Made by a program: the position numbers and the translations under genes
Notes under the pieces: generated by a model
What the model saw: the letters and a program-made list of their open reading frames with translations, nothing else
What the model was told of the DNA's origin: nothing
The model's database searches: none
NCBI GenBank assembly: GCA_964389695.1
Contig: CAYMEP010000001.1
Span: 619 to 64,618, forward strand
Source: an uncultured Rhodobiaceae bacterium
GTDB lineage: Bacteria; Pseudomonadota; Alphaproteobacteria; RS24
Length of the DNA: 64,000 bases
Reading direction: 5' to 3'
In this document: piece by piece, positions 10,272-20,791 of the stretch
How the letters are laid out: every line of letters starts with the position of its first letter
How positions within the stretch are numbered: position 1 is the first letter of the stretch

Positions 10272-11075
10272 ATGCGTATTGTCACTTGGAACATAAACTC
10301 AGTGCGGCTGCGAATAAACCTTATAGAAGAATTCATTAAAAATGAAGCACCTGATATACTTTGCTTGCAAGAAACAAAATGTCCTGATGACTGTTTTCCA
10401 TTAAAAGAATTCCATAAACTCGGTTACGAATATATCTCTATTAACGGTATTAAAGGGTATAATGGTGTGGCTACGATCAGTAAAATTCCAATACAAGACA
10501 CTATCACTCTTGATATCTGTAACAAAAAGGATGGGCGTTATTTAGAAAATACTTTCTTACATAATAAGAAAAGATTCACAATTTATAACCTTTATGTCCC
10601 CGCAGGTGGTGACGAACCTAACCCTGAAGTTAATGAGAAATTTGCGCATAAATTAGAGTTTCTAAATGAAATAACAACACATTTTAAAAGAACAATGTTA
10701 GAAGATATTCCAGGACGTATACTCTTGGGAGATCTAAACATAGCACCGTTAGAACATGATGTATGGTCACATAAACAATTACGAAATGTGGTCAGCCATA
10801 CAGAAATTGAAATTGAAAAATTAAATGAAATGCAAAATAGCTATCAATGGGAAGATATTGCCCGCCGTTTTGTTCCAGAAAATGAGAAACTTTATTCTTG
10901 GTGGAGTTATAGGTCTCGTGATTGGGAAAAATCTAACCGTGGGAGACGCCTTGATCATATTTGGGTTACCCCAGCTTTATCTAAATCTGTGATAGAGTAT
11001 CGTATATTATCAAAAGCGCGTGGGTGGGAACGACCATCGGACCATGTTCCCGTCATTATGGATTTAAATATTTAA
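10272..11075 (+). CDS. xthA: Exodeoxyribonuclease III
   Basis: It carries MRIVTWNINSVR, LCLQETK, GDLNIAP and the C-terminal RPSDHVPV motifs of the EEP/ExoIII family. Confidence 0.95.
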   Translation: MRIVTWNINSVRLRINLIEEFIKNEAPDILCLQETKCPDDCFPLKEFHKLGYEYISINGIKGYNGVATISKIPIQDTITLDICNKKDGRYLENTFLHNKKRFTIYNLYVPAGGDEPNPEVNEKFAHKLEFLNEITTHFKRTMLEDIPGRILLGDLNIAPLEHDVWSHKQLRNVVSHTEIEIEKLNEMQNSYQWEDIARRFVPENEKLYSWWSYRSRDWEKSNRGRRLDHIWVTPALSKSVIEYRILSKARGWERPSDHVPVIMDLNI

Positions 11076-11753
11076 TCTATAACCTTTCTCATATGTTATT
11101 AAAAGGTTAGGACTTGAGGGGTTTCTTTCTATTTTTTGTCGCAAACGGTAAATATGTGTCTCTAATGTATGTGTCGAGACTGCTTCTTGATAACCCCAAA
11201 TTGTTTTCAATAAATCCTGACGTGTAAGATAAGATTGCTTTGCTTCATATAATAACATCAAAATATTCGTTTCTTTTTCTGTCAGGCGTATTTCTTCTTT
11301 TATTTTATCAATCAACAACCTAAGGCGAGGCTTAAATTTATATTCCCCGACTCTCAAAGTAATCTCTTCTGTAAATTTATAAAGTTTACGTAATTGTACC
11401 CTAATACGTGCCAATAATTCACCAAAACGGAAAGGTTTAGTAATATAATCATCTGCCCCTGCCTCTAAACCTAGAATTATATCCGCCTCTGATATAAACC
11501 CCGTAAGCAAAACAATTGAGATATTAGGAAGAAGCTTGCGTAATAACCGGCAAGTTTCACGACCATCTTGATCAGGCAATCCTATATCCAATAAAATTAA
11601 ATCAAACTCTTTTGCTTTCGCCAAGTCTAAACCTGATTTCGCATCGGAAACAACATCTACACAAAACTCCTCTAAAAGAAGAAGTTGTTGAGCGACAGTT
11701 TCTGCTATATTTTTGTCATCTTCAATGAGCAAAATGGAATAAGAATTATTCAT
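11064..11753 (-). CDS. OmpR/PhoB-family response regulator (orphan, no adjacent kinase)
   Basis: The receiver domain has LILLDIGLPDQDG (phospho-Asp), LLTG and KPF. The C-terminal winged helix contains THIYRLRQKI. Confidence 0.9.
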   Translation of the reverse strand: MNNSYSILLIEDDKNIAETVAQQLLLLEEFCVDVVSDAKSGLDLAKAKEFDLILLDIGLPDQDGRETCRLLRKLLPNISIVLLTGFISEADIILGLEAGADDYITKPFRFGELLARIRVQLRKLYKFTEEITLRVGEYKFKPRLRLLIDKIKEEIRLTEKETNILMLLYEAKQSYLTRQDLLKTIWGYQEAVSTHTLETHIYRLRQKIERNPSSPNLLITYEKGYRLNI

Positions 11754-11853
11754 CTAGCAATTATGCCCTATTTTTATAACATTTATAATATACTAATCAA
11801 AAATATAATAACATGATACTATTACACCACATTTTTGGAGTAGAAATTAAATT

Positions 11854-12372
11854 ATGAATTTAACAGTCACCTCTAACTCAATGTATGCTCAACGTGGCAT
11901 TCTTCGTTTTATAAAGCATGAGTTCACCTGTGCTCTTGGAGAATCTGGCATCACTACAAATAAACAAGAAGGCGATGGGGCAACGCCAGTTGGCACGTTT
12001 GCCTTACGAAAAATATATTACCGCCCTGACCGTTGGCAAACTTTAGACAGCACACTCCCCATAGAACAAATCACCCCTCACTCAGGGTGGTCTGATGACC
12101 CTAAAGATAAACGATATAACCGTTATATACAAACACCCCACCCGTTCCGGCATGAGAATCTATGGCGTGATGATGCTATATATAACATACTGATTGTTTT
12201 AGGCTATAATGATAGCCCAGCAATTTCTGGAAAAGGCAGCGCCATATTTTTTCACCTTGCCCACCCTAATTATTCACCAACCAAAGGATGTATTGCAATT
12301 AGCGAAAAAGATATGCGTTATTTATTACCACATTTAAAAAATGATACGAAACTCACAATTCAACCGATTTAA
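11854..12372 (+). CDS. L,D-transpeptidase (YkuD)-like family protein
   Basis: The C-terminal FFHLAHPNYSPTKGCIAI matches the His...Gly-Cys catalytic signature of the YkuD fold. No signal peptide is evident. Confidence 0.65.
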   Translation: MNLTVTSNSMYAQRGILRFIKHEFTCALGESGITTNKQEGDGATPVGTFALRKIYYRPDRWQTLDSTLPIEQITPHSGWSDDPKDKRYNRYIQTPHPFRHENLWRDDAIYNILIVLGYNDSPAISGKGSAIFFHLAHPNYSPTKGCIAISEKDMRYLLPHLKNDTKLTIQPI

Positions 12373-13042
12373 CTGATTGTGCTCCAAATATAGCCGCACC
12401 TAAACGAATATGGGTCGCACCAAATGGAATTGCCATTCTAAAATCATGGCTCATGCCCATACTTAAACACTCTAGCCCATTATCTCTTGCACATTTTTCT
12501 AAAAATGCAAAATGAGGGGCGGGCATATCCTCTTTAGGAGGTAAACACATTAAGCCAGAAATTTTAAGATGATATTCTTTAGAACATAAAGTGATAAACT
12601 TTTGTAGTTCATGGGGAAGAACACCTGACTTTTGTGGCTCCTCTCCTGTATTAACTTGAATAAACAATGCAGGATGACGTGCTTGTTTCTGAATCTCATC
12701 TGCCAAGACCCGTGCAAGCTTAGGGCGGTCAAGACTATGAATATACTGAAAGAAAGTCACAACATCTTCCACTTTCTTTGTCTGTAATGGTCCAATAAAA
12801 TGCAAATTTATATTAGGGTATTGTTTCAATAACTCAGGCCATTTCTTCACAGCCTCTTGCAATTTATTTTCTCCGAAATGTCTATGCCCCGCTTCTAATA
12901 AAACACGTATTCTTTCTTGACCCACCATTTTCGAGACAGCGATAATTTCAATATCATTATCTTCACACTCCGCCCGCGCCAAAATAGTATCTATCTCTTC
13001 CTTTATATTTTTTATATTGTTGACTGGATCACAACCTTCCAT
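12353..13042 (-). CDS. yggS: YggS-family pyridoxal-phosphate homeostasis protein
   Basis: It has the IIAVSK PLP-lysine and the HFGENKLQEA and MGMSHDF motifs. Confidence 0.9.
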   Translation of the reverse strand: MEGCDPVNNIKNIKEEIDTILARAECEDNDIEIIAVSKMVGQERIRVLLEAGHRHFGENKLQEAVKKWPELLKQYPNINLHFIGPLQTKKVEDVVTFFQYIHSLDRPKLARVLADEIQKQARHPALFIQVNTGEEPQKSGVLPHELQKFITLCSKEYHLKISGLMCLPPKEDMPAPHFAFLEKCARDNGLECLSMGMSHDFRMAIPFGATHIRLGAAIFGAQSVKSVEL

Positions 13043-13095
13043 AAATACAAGTTCTCTCTTTTCTTCACCATATGTTTATGACAAGCTAATATGCT

Positions 13096-13665
13096 ATGTC
13101 GATTCTTACAAGAAACCTATCATCTATATTTTTACCATATCGTTTTTTCATGACTGATTGCATTCTTTTGCCACATTGGAGAGTTATTTTAAATAACCTA
13201 CCAGAAAAAACAGGCGTAATATTACGGGACTATAACACGCCAAACCGAGAACAACTTGCTTATGAAATGGCAGATCTATGCCAAAAGAAGAATCTTATTT
13301 TTCTTATTGGTGCCGACCCATCACTTGCTTACAAACTTGATGCAGGATTGCATATGCCTGAAAATCTTGCGTTCCATTTAGTGCGTAAAAGCATAAAGCC
13401 GAGGAAACTTGTCACACAATCTGCACATAATATCTTAGGTTTACGTAAAGCTTTAAATTACAAAGTAAATGCAGCTTTCCTATCTCCTATATATGACACC
13501 CCAAGTCACCCTCATATCCCTCCTATAAAGATACAAAGATTATCAGCATTATCCCATAAAACTAATTTACCTATTTTTGCTCTTGGCGGCATGGATGAAT
13601 CACGCTTCAAACGCCTAAAGTATACGGGAATTTATGGATATGCTGGCATTAGAGATTTTAATTGA
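13096..13665 (+). CDS. Thiamine-phosphate synthase (ThiE/TenI)-like protein
   Basis: The C-terminus PIFALGGMDESRF...GYAGIR is typical of the ThiE/TenI TIM barrel. The start codon is uncertain. Confidence 0.55.
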   Translation: MSILTRNLSSIFLPYRFFMTDCILLPHWRVILNNLPEKTGVILRDYNTPNREQLAYEMADLCQKKNLIFLIGADPSLAYKLDAGLHMPENLAFHLVRKSIKPRKLVTQSAHNILGLRKALNYKVNAAFLSPIYDTPSHPHIPPIKIQRLSALSHKTNLPIFALGGMDESRFKRLKYTGIYGYAGIRDFN

Positions 13666-13712
13666 CATTTTGTGGGTTTCAGTCACATTCGTAGACATTA
13701 TAATTGTAGAAA

Positions 13713-14267
13713 ATGAACATTAAGTCAGGAAAAGACATGACACCAAGACATATGTTACAAGTCATTATTATACTATTAGTAACAATTCCATTGATTTCAT
13801 GTGAAAAAACTGTTTTAGAAGCGGAGTTTCCTGATAATAATACTGATGGAGGGGGAAAAAGCACAGAGCTTGGTGTTTTTGGGAATTTATCAATTACTAA
13901 TTTGTTTAAAAGGAAAAAACAAGAAAAACACCCTACGTTAAATATAAATAGTTTTCTTTGGAGAGCATCACTAGATACGGTTTCTTTTATACCTCTATCT
14001 TCTGCAGACCCTATTGGTGGTACAATCATTACAGAATGGCATAAAACACCTGACAACCCCAATGAAAGGTTTAAAATAATTGTTTATATTTCTTCTAAAG
14101 TATTACGTAGTAATGGCATAAACGTAAAAACATTTCGCCAAACTAGAAAAAATAAAACTTCAGAATGGGAAAGCGATATAGTCAGTCCATTAACAAACCA
14201 GAAATTAGAAAATAAGATACTGCAACAAGCACGTAAACTTGTTCTCCTACCAACGCCTAATAAATAG
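13713..14267 (+). CDS. DUF3576-family lipoprotein
   Basis: It has a lipobox (LISC) and [28 protein letters not shown], characteristic of the alphaproteobacterial DUF3576 gene upstream of leuS. Confidence 0.7.
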   Translation: MNIKSGKDMTPRHMLQVIIILLVTIPLISCEKTVLEAEFPDNNTDGGGKSTELGVFGNLSITNLFKRKKQEKHPTLNINSFLWRASLDTVSFIPLSSADPIGGTIITEWHKTPDNPNERFKIIVYISSKVLRSNGINVKTFRQTRKNKTSEWESDIVSPLTNQKLENKILQQARKLVLLPTPNK

Positions 14268-14272
14268 ACCAT

Positions 14273-16807
14273 ATGTCCACTTACCATCCACAAACGGTTG
14301 AGCCAAAATGGCAAAAGAAATGGCAAGAGGCTAATTGTTTCAAAACAGAGGAAACAGGAGATAAGAAATATTATGTTCTAGAAATGTTTCCTTATCCCTC
14401 AGGGCGGATTCACATGGGACATGTACGAAACTACGCTATGGGAGACGTCGTTGCTCGTTTTCGTAAGGCACAGGGTTTCCAAGTTTTACACCCAATGGGA
14501 TGGGATGCCTTTGGAATGCCCGCTGAAAATGCAGCAATAGAAAAAAACATTCACCCTAAAGAATGGACATATAAAAATATTGCAACCATGCGTGACCAAT
14601 TAAAGGCGATAGGGCTATCTATTGATTGGTCACGTGAGTTTGCTACCTGCGACCCAGAATATTATAAGCATGAACAATCTATGTTTATAGATTTTCTTGA
14701 CGCAGGACTAGTAGAGCACAAAGAAAGTATCGTCAACTGGGACCCTGTAGATAATACAGTGTTGGCAAATGAACAAGTCATAGAGGGTCGTGGATGGCGT
14801 TCTGGGGCTCTGGTAGAGCAACGTCATTTAACACAATGGTTTCTTAAAATATCAGACATGGCGCAAGAATTATTAGACGGACTAGACTCATTAGAGAACT
14901 GGCCTGAAAAAGTACGTATCATGCAAAAGAATTGGATAGGAAGATCAGAGGGGCTACAAATCACTTTCAATTTAAACTCCTCTCCTGCAGGGTATGAAAA
15001 AATAGATATTTATACAACAAGGCCTGAAACACTTTATGGAGCCAGTTTTTGTGCCATATCTGCCAATCACCCTCTCGCAAATATACTCGCAGAAGACAAC
15101 CAAGACCTTAAAGAGTTTATAGCACAATGTGCACAAATAGGCACGAGCGTTACCGATATTGAATCAGCAGAGAAGATTGGATTCCTAACAAATATTACGG
15201 CAACACATCCGCTTGACCAAACAAAAACATTGCCTGTATATGTTGCAAATTTTGTGCTCATGGATTATGGCACAGGTGCGCTCTTTGCCTGCCCTGCACA
15301 TGACCAACGTGATCTTGATTTTGCTATCAAATATAATTTACCCATAACAGAAGTTGTGCTTCCTACGAAAACACCCCCATCAGACTTCAGAGTCATAGAT
15401 AAAGCTTATACAGGCGAAGGAACAATGGTTAATTCTGGTGTTTTAAATGGCCTGACAAATCGACAAGCGTTTGAAAAAGCGTCAACACTCTTAGAAGAAC
15501 GCAATCAAGCAAAACGTATGGTGAATTTCCGTCTTCGAGACTGGGGAATTTCTCGTCAAAGGTATTGGGGGTGTCCAATTCCTATTATACATTGTCACTC
15601 TTGTGGGTCTGTGCCTGTCAAAAAAGAAGACTTACCAGTCACCTTACCAGACGATGTACAATTTAATAAACCTGGAAATCCACTAGATCACCACCCCCAA
15701 TGGAAACATACGAACTGCCCCTCTTGTGGCCAAGAAGCCGTGCGTGAAACCGATACATTTGATACATTTGTCGATAGCTCATGGTATTATGCTCGCTTCA
15801 CCTCCCCAGAAGAAAATAACCCTACCAATACTATTGCAGCAAAAAACTGGCTACCTGTTGATCAATATATTGGTGGTGTTGAGCATGCAATTTTACATTT
15901 ATTATATTCTAGGTTTTTTGCTCGTGCGATGAAAACAACCAATCATTTAGAGATTACAGAACCATTCTCTGGGTTATTTACACAAGGCATGGTGTGTCAT
16001 GAAACTTTCAAAACAAAAGAAGGCATTTGGCTCTCTCCCGAAGACGCAAAAGAATATGCAGGCGACCTTATAAAAGGGGCAAGTGAAAAAATGTCCAAAT
16101 CAAAGAAAAATGTCATAGACCCAACAAATATTATTGCGACATTAGGAGCCGATACGGCAAGATGGTTTATGCTATCTGATAGTCCTCCTGAACGTGACGT
16201 GTATTGGAATGAAGAAGGCGTAGACGCCGCACACCGTTTTATACAAAAATTGTGGCGAATTGTTACAAAGATAAGCGAATTAAAGTTTGATAAGAATAAA
16301 GAGATAAACCTGAGAAATCAGCAAGAAGTAGATCTAAACATACAATTAAATAAAACCATAAAAAACATTACTAATGATTTAGAGAATTTACGCTTTAATC
16401 GTGCCATCGCTCGTATTTATGAGTTAACCAATACTTTATCAACAGGAATAAAAAATAACCTTGACCCTAAATTACTTCATAAAACGGTTAGTGACCTAAT
16501 TAAAATGACTAACGTTTTCATTCCACATTTCTCAGAAGAAGGGTGGCACAAATTAGGATATAAAACTTTATTAGCACAAACAACATGGCCCATCGCTGAC
16601 GAAACAGTTCTCGTGGAAAATAAAATCACCCTCCCCATTCAAGTGAATGGAAAAAGGCGTGCAGAAATTTCTATAACTAAAAATGAGGATGAAGACACGA
16701 TACGCCAGAAAGCCTTAACAGAAGTACATATAGAAAAAATATTAAAGGGAAAAGAGATAAAGAAAGTGATTATTATTACCAACAAAATCATTAACATAGT
16801 CATATAA
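14273..16807 (+). CDS. leuS: Leucine--tRNA ligase
   Basis: It carries the class I signatures HMGH ([11 protein letters not shown]) and KMSKS (EKMSKSKKN). At 844 aa it is full length. Confidence 0.98.
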   Translation: MSTYHPQTVEPKWQKKWQEANCFKTEETGDKKYYVLEMFPYPSGRIHMGHVRNYAMGDVVARFRKAQGFQVLHPMGWDAFGMPAENAAIEKNIHPKEWTYKNIATMRDQLKAIGLSIDWSREFATCDPEYYKHEQSMFIDFLDAGLVEHKESIVNWDPVDNTVLANEQVIEGRGWRSGALVEQRHLTQWFLKISDMAQELLDGLDSLENWPEKVRIMQKNWIGRSEGLQITFNLNSSPAGYEKIDIYTTRPETLYGASFCAISANHPLANILAEDNQDLKEFIAQCAQIGTSVTDIESAEKIGFLTNITATHPLDQTKTLPVYVANFVLMDYGTGALFACPAHDQRDLDFAIKYNLPITEVVLPTKTPPSDFRVIDKAYTGEGTMVNSGVLNGLTNRQAFEKASTLLEERNQAKRMVNFRLRDWGISRQRYWGCPIPIIHCHSCGSVPVKKEDLPVTLPDDVQFNKPGNPLDHHPQWKHTNCPSCGQEAVRETDTFDTFVDSSWYYARFTSPEENNPTNTIAAKNWLPVDQYIGGVEHAILHLLYSRFFARAMKTTNHLEITEPFSGLFTQGMVCHETFKTKEGIWLSPEDAKEYAGDLIKGASEKMSKSKKNVIDPTNIIATLGADTARWFMLSDSPPERDVYWNEEGVDAAHRFIQKLWRIVTKISELKFDKNKEINLRNQQEVDLNIQLNKTIKNITNDLENLRFNRAIARIYELTNTLSTGIKNNLDPKLLHKTVSDLIKMTNVFIPHFSEEGWHKLGYKTLLAQTTWPIADETVLVENKITLPIQVNGKRRAEISITKNEDEDTIRQKALTEVHIEKILKGKEIKKVIIITNKIINIVI

Positions 16808-16811
16808 GTAC

Positions 16812-17327
16812 ATGTTTAGCATCTATTCCAAATATATAAACATCATCTTCTTGAGTAGTTTCTTGTCTGCTTGTGGATTTGCACCTTTGTATTCTTTAAA
16901 TCAAGGAAGTGGCTCTTTATCAACTAGATTACAAACGATAAAATTACCCATTCCTAAGAATTATACACAAAAGCTAGTCATCAATGAACTCACAAAGATA
17001 ACCAACCCACTGATAAATAACCATATTTATGACTTAAAACTCTATTTTAAGGAATCTATAAATGATACACTAAATGAGCAAGATAGCGATGTTACTATAC
17101 GCAGTAGCTATAATCTACATATAAAATATACGTTAAATGACTCTAAAAATAATATAATATCAAAGGGACAAAGCTATAATAAAACATCTTTTAATGAAAA
17201 TGAAAATGAGTTTTTAAGCTTTCAATCTATTAACGAGGCCAAAGCAAGAGTAGCAAAAATTACAGCAGAAGAAATAGCCCAAGAACTAGCCATAATATTA
17301 CACAATATTGGCTCAGAAGATAAATGA
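16812..17327 (+). CDS. lptE: LPS-assembly lipoprotein LptE-like
   Basis: It has a lipobox (LSACG) and sits in the conserved leuS-lptE-holA position. Sequence similarity alone is weak. Confidence 0.55.
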   Translation: MFSIYSKYINIIFLSSFLSACGFAPLYSLNQGSGSLSTRLQTIKLPIPKNYTQKLVINELTKITNPLINNHIYDLKLYFKESINDTLNEQDSDVTIRSSYNLHIKYTLNDSKNNIISKGQSYNKTSFNENENEFLSFQSINEAKARVAKITAEEIAQELAIILHNIGSEDK

Positions 17328-17334
17328 GGTCTAT

Positions 17335-18390
17335 ATGAAACTTAGAGCATACGAAGTTCCTAAATTCCTTAAAGCACCTGACCCAAATATCAATACAATT
17401 CTAGTCTATGGAAATGATATAGGTATAATATCAGAAACAACCAAACATTTTGTTCAGAATAAATTAGGCAAAGAATATAATGAAACACAATTTATAACCC
17501 TAACCACTGATATTCTATCTGAAGATCCCACACGCCTTTATGATGAAGCAGCTACAATATCTATGTTTGGGGAGTGTAAAGTCATTATGCTTGAAATGGT
17601 AACAGATAAAGAAAAGAATACTCTCGTTAGTTATTTAGACACCCCTTGTAAAAATAGTTTTCTTATTCTAACAGCTGGAAGTCTGGCGCCAACTAATGCC
17701 ATCCGAAAATTAATCGAAACATGCCCGCATGCAATGGCTCTTCCTTGCTATGAAGATGATATTCAGAACTCACAAAATATTATACGCACCCACTTACAAG
17801 AAGAAGGGTTCAATATTGAACCCGATGCACTTCACCTATTCAGTGAAACTATTAGCACAAACCGTGCCCTCATACGCCAAGAATTAAATCGCCTTGTTCT
17901 GTTTATGGGTCCTCGTGGTTCAACAGAACGTGGAAGCAAAGAAACGGTTATGATTACCCGTGAAGATATTAAGAAAATCAGAGGAGATAACGATGATGTC
18001 CATATATTTGATTTCATCGATTATGTGGTTCTGGGTAACGTAAGAGAAGCAGATCTTAAAATTAACAAAATAAAACAATCTAAAAATTACCAACTTTCTA
18101 GCGCCTTTGGACAATTAAGGCGTCACTTCCAAATGTTACACCTTACGCAATTACATATTCAAGAAGGCATGAATCAAGAACAAGCACTGAAAACAGCCTT
18201 TCGCCCTCCCCTTCACTTTAAAAGACAAGATAAAGTCAAACGACAACTCAGAAACTGGTCGTTAAATAAAATAGAAACAGCATTAAATATAATTAACGAT
18301 ACAGAAGTCCTCACACGTCAATCACCGATGTCAAGTGAAGCACAAATTTCCTATAATTTACTACGCATCACCCGAGCCACAAAAAGATAA
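17335..18390 (+). CDS. holA: DNA polymerase III subunit delta
   Basis: MKLRAYEVPKFLKAPDPNINTILVYG is a typical alphaproteobacterial HolA N-terminus. I prefer the ATG at 17335 to the track start at 17308, which overlaps lptE. Confidence 0.8.
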   Translation: MKLRAYEVPKFLKAPDPNINTILVYGNDIGIISETTKHFVQNKLGKEYNETQFITLTTDILSEDPTRLYDEAATISMFGECKVIMLEMVTDKEKNTLVSYLDTPCKNSFLILTAGSLAPTNAIRKLIETCPHAMALPCYEDDIQNSQNIIRTHLQEEGFNIEPDALHLFSETISTNRALIRQELNRLVLFMGPRGSTERGSKETVMITREDIKKIRGDNDDVHIFDFIDYVVLGNVREADLKINKIKQSKNYQLSSAFGQLRRHFQMLHLTQLHIQEGMNQEQALKTAFRPPLHFKRQDKVKRQLRNWSLNKIETALNIINDTEVLTRQSPMSSEAQISYNLLRITRATKR

Positions 18391-18413
18391 TTTAATAATA
18401 AGTATTGAACCCC

Positions 18414-19319
18414 TTATTTAGTATGTTTGAGAATCTCTAAAATACTATCAAACTGTTCTAAAGAATTATACGTTATATTAATTTTGCCTTTCCCGCGATC
18501 ATGGTTATGCTTTATATTCACCCGCATTCCTAAGCAATCTGCCAATTGTTCTTCTAGTCTATCTATATTACTACTCTGAACAAATTGTGATTTATGCCCA
18601 CTCTCTGTCTTTTTCTTATATTCTGAAACATACCTCTCTACCATGCGCACAGAAAGATCCTCCTTCACAATACGTAAAGCTAATGTATCCGCCTCTGCAA
18701 ACCCAATTAAGGCACGCGCATGGCCTGCTGTTATTTTTTCTTCCCTCAACAATTGAGCGATTAATTCACTCACTGCAGTCAACCGAAGCATATTCGCAAT
18801 ATGACTACGGCTTTTTCCTAATGTTTTCGCCAGTTTCTCTTGTGTATAATGAAACTCTTGCATTAATCTATGATAGGCTTCAGATTCTTCTAAAGCATTC
18901 AAATCTGTACGTTGTACATTCTCGACAATAGCAATCTCTAAAGCTTCAGAATCCTTAAAAGCACGTATCAATACAGGGACTTCTTCCATTCCTGCTTTTT
19001 TTGCAGCTCTCCACCGACGTTCGCCTGCAATAATCTCATAAGTGTCAGCCGTTAAAGGACGAACTAATATTGGTTGTAAAACACCATTTTGTTTTAAAGA
19101 ATTAGCGAGGCTTTCTAACCCATCTTCTGAGAAGCGTTGACGTGGCTGATACTTCCCAGATGATAACCGTTCTACCCCAACCATTTTTACACCATATTTA
19201 GTATAATCATTCTCAGATTTGTTATACTCCTCCATAACAACATTCTTAACTTCAGAGGGGACATCCCCTATCAAAGCTGAAAGTCCACGGCCTAACCCCT
19301 TTCTTTTCTGATCACCCAT
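18414..19319 (-). CDS. parB: Chromosome partitioning protein ParB
   Basis: It has the GERRWRAAKKAG box, an HTH (TQEKLAKTLGKSRSHIANMLRL) and the expected position after parA. Confidence 0.95.
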   Translation of the reverse strand: MGDQKRKGLGRGLSALIGDVPSEVKNVVMEEYNKSENDYTKYGVKMVGVERLSSGKYQPRQRFSEDGLESLANSLKQNGVLQPILVRPLTADTYEIIAGERRWRAAKKAGMEEVPVLIRAFKDSEALEIAIVENVQRTDLNALEESEAYHRLMQEFHYTQEKLAKTLGKSRSHIANMLRLTAVSELIAQLLREEKITAGHARALIGFAEADTLALRIVKEDLSVRMVERYVSEYKKKTESGHKSQFVQSSNIDRLEEQLADCLGMRVNIKHNHDRGKGKINITYNSLEQFDSILEILKHTK

Positions 19320-19323
19320 TATT

Positions 19324-20127
19324 TTACCTTTCTACACTTTGTCTATTTAGCATCTCCGAAGCTAACCTCATATAAGCTTCACTTCCTGAACATTTATGGT
19401 CATATAATAAAACAGGCTTCCCATGTGATGGAGCCTCTGAAATACGTACATTTCTTGGAATGACAGTTTGATAAACTAATTCACCTAAATTCTTACGTAT
19501 ATCAGATTCCACTTCTCCAGATAAATTATTACGAGAATCAAACATTGTTAAAACGATACCCTGTATTAATAATTGTGGATTCAATGTCTCTTTCACATGC
19601 TCAATTGTTTTTAATAATTGACTTAACCCCTCTAAAGCAAAGAACTCACATTGCAAAGGAACAAGAACACCCTGCGCTGCAGATAAAGCATTTAACGTTA
19701 AAAGGTTTAGTGATGGCGGGCAATCAATTAGAATATAACTATAAATACCCGCTTCTTTCTTTTTTAATTCATCACGTAAGCGATAAATACGCGCATCATC
19801 ATTTGCAAGCTCTATTTCAGCACCCAGCAAATCCATACTAGACGGGACTAAAGATAACCCTTTTACGATTGTTTCATAAACAATTTCATTTAAGGCTTTC
19901 TCTGACAACAATAACTCCAATATAGAATTATTACGATCTTCCTGGTTAACGCCTAACCCAGTGCTAGCGTTGCCCTGCGGGTCAATATCAATCAAAAGAA
20001 CACGTTCTCCGATCGCAGCCAATGCTGTGCCAAGATTAATAGCTGTCGTTGTTTTACCTACCCCACCCTTTTGATTCACAACTGCTAATATATTTTGTTT
20101 CTTTACATTCATATCATTATCAGACAT
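19324..20127 (-). CDS. parA: Chromosome partitioning ATPase ParA
   Basis: It carries the deviant Walker A motif NQKGGVGKTTTAINL. Confidence 0.95.
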   Translation of the reverse strand: MSDNDMNVKKQNILAVVNQKGGVGKTTTAINLGTALAAIGERVLLIDIDPQGNASTGLGVNQEDRNNSILELLLSEKALNEIVYETIVKGLSLVPSSMDLLGAEIELANDDARIYRLRDELKKKEAGIYSYILIDCPPSLNLLTLNALSAAQGVLVPLQCEFFALEGLSQLLKTIEHVKETLNPQLLIQGIVLTMFDSRNNLSGEVESDIRKNLGELVYQTVIPRNVRISEAPSHGKPVLLYDHKCSGSEAYMRLASEMLNRQSVER

Positions 20128-20140
20128 TCAAATACCATTC

Positions 20141-20791
20141 TTACATATTATTTATTCGTTCTGGTTTTTTCAATACTAAAACTTTTCCTTCAGAGCTTAT
20201 CATACTATTAACCAATTCATAATCTACTTTCCAATACTGTTTTGCCACGGTCAATTCTTCTTGCCAACGCTTTCCTTTCAAGAAGAAAGCCCTTGTATTC
20301 TTACAAAAAAGTGGCGCAGACAATCCCAACAATTTATTAAGAGGTGCTAATGCTCGCGCACTGATCACGTCAAACTTTATATTGTCTACTTCTTTTATCA
20401 CACCCTCAATGCGCATTTCATGGATTTTCACCTTAACACCTGTTTCTCTTGCCACCATACGAAGAAAAGCACATTTACGTGCATCACTTTCTACAAGGTG
20501 AATTTCTTTGTCTTCCTGTTCTGCCCAGAATTGGGCGATCACAAGAGCAGGAAAACCACCCCCAGACCCAAGATCTATCCATTTCTTAGCTTTTTCTGAT
20601 ACTATATTCAATAATTGCACGCTATCCTCAACGTGACGAGACCAGAACTGTGATAATGTTGCATCAGACACTAAATTTACCTTCTTTTGCCACCTTCCTA
20701 ATAAAGCTTCATACCTCTCTAACCTTATCATTGTTTCACGTGAAACATTAAAATAACGCCTTAGGTCATCCGCTGTTTCAACTTTAATCAC
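20141..20791 (-). CDS. rsmG: 16S rRNA (guanine527-N7)-methyltransferase RsmG (GidB)
   Basis: It has the FNVSRET N-terminus and the SAM motif [10 protein letters not shown], and follows mnmG in the conserved order. Confidence 0.93.
   Translation of the reverse strand: MIKVETADDLRRYFNVSRETMIRLERYEALLGRWQKKVNLVSDATLSQFWSRHVEDSVQLLNIVSEKAKKWIDLGSGGGFPALVIAQFWAEQEDKEIHLVESDARKCAFLRMVARETGVKVKIHEMRIEGVIKEVDNIKFDVISARALAPLNKLLGLSAPLFCKNTRAFFLKGKRWQEELTVAKQYWKVDYELVNSMISSEGKVLVLKKPERINNM
20732..20747. other. parS: parS centromere-like site (perfect consensus), inside rsmG coding sequence
   Basis: TGTTTCACGTGAAACA is an exact match to the conserved chromosomal parS palindrome TGTTNCACGTGAAACA. On the minus strand it encodes V-S-R-E-T of RsmG. 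Confidence 0.85.
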
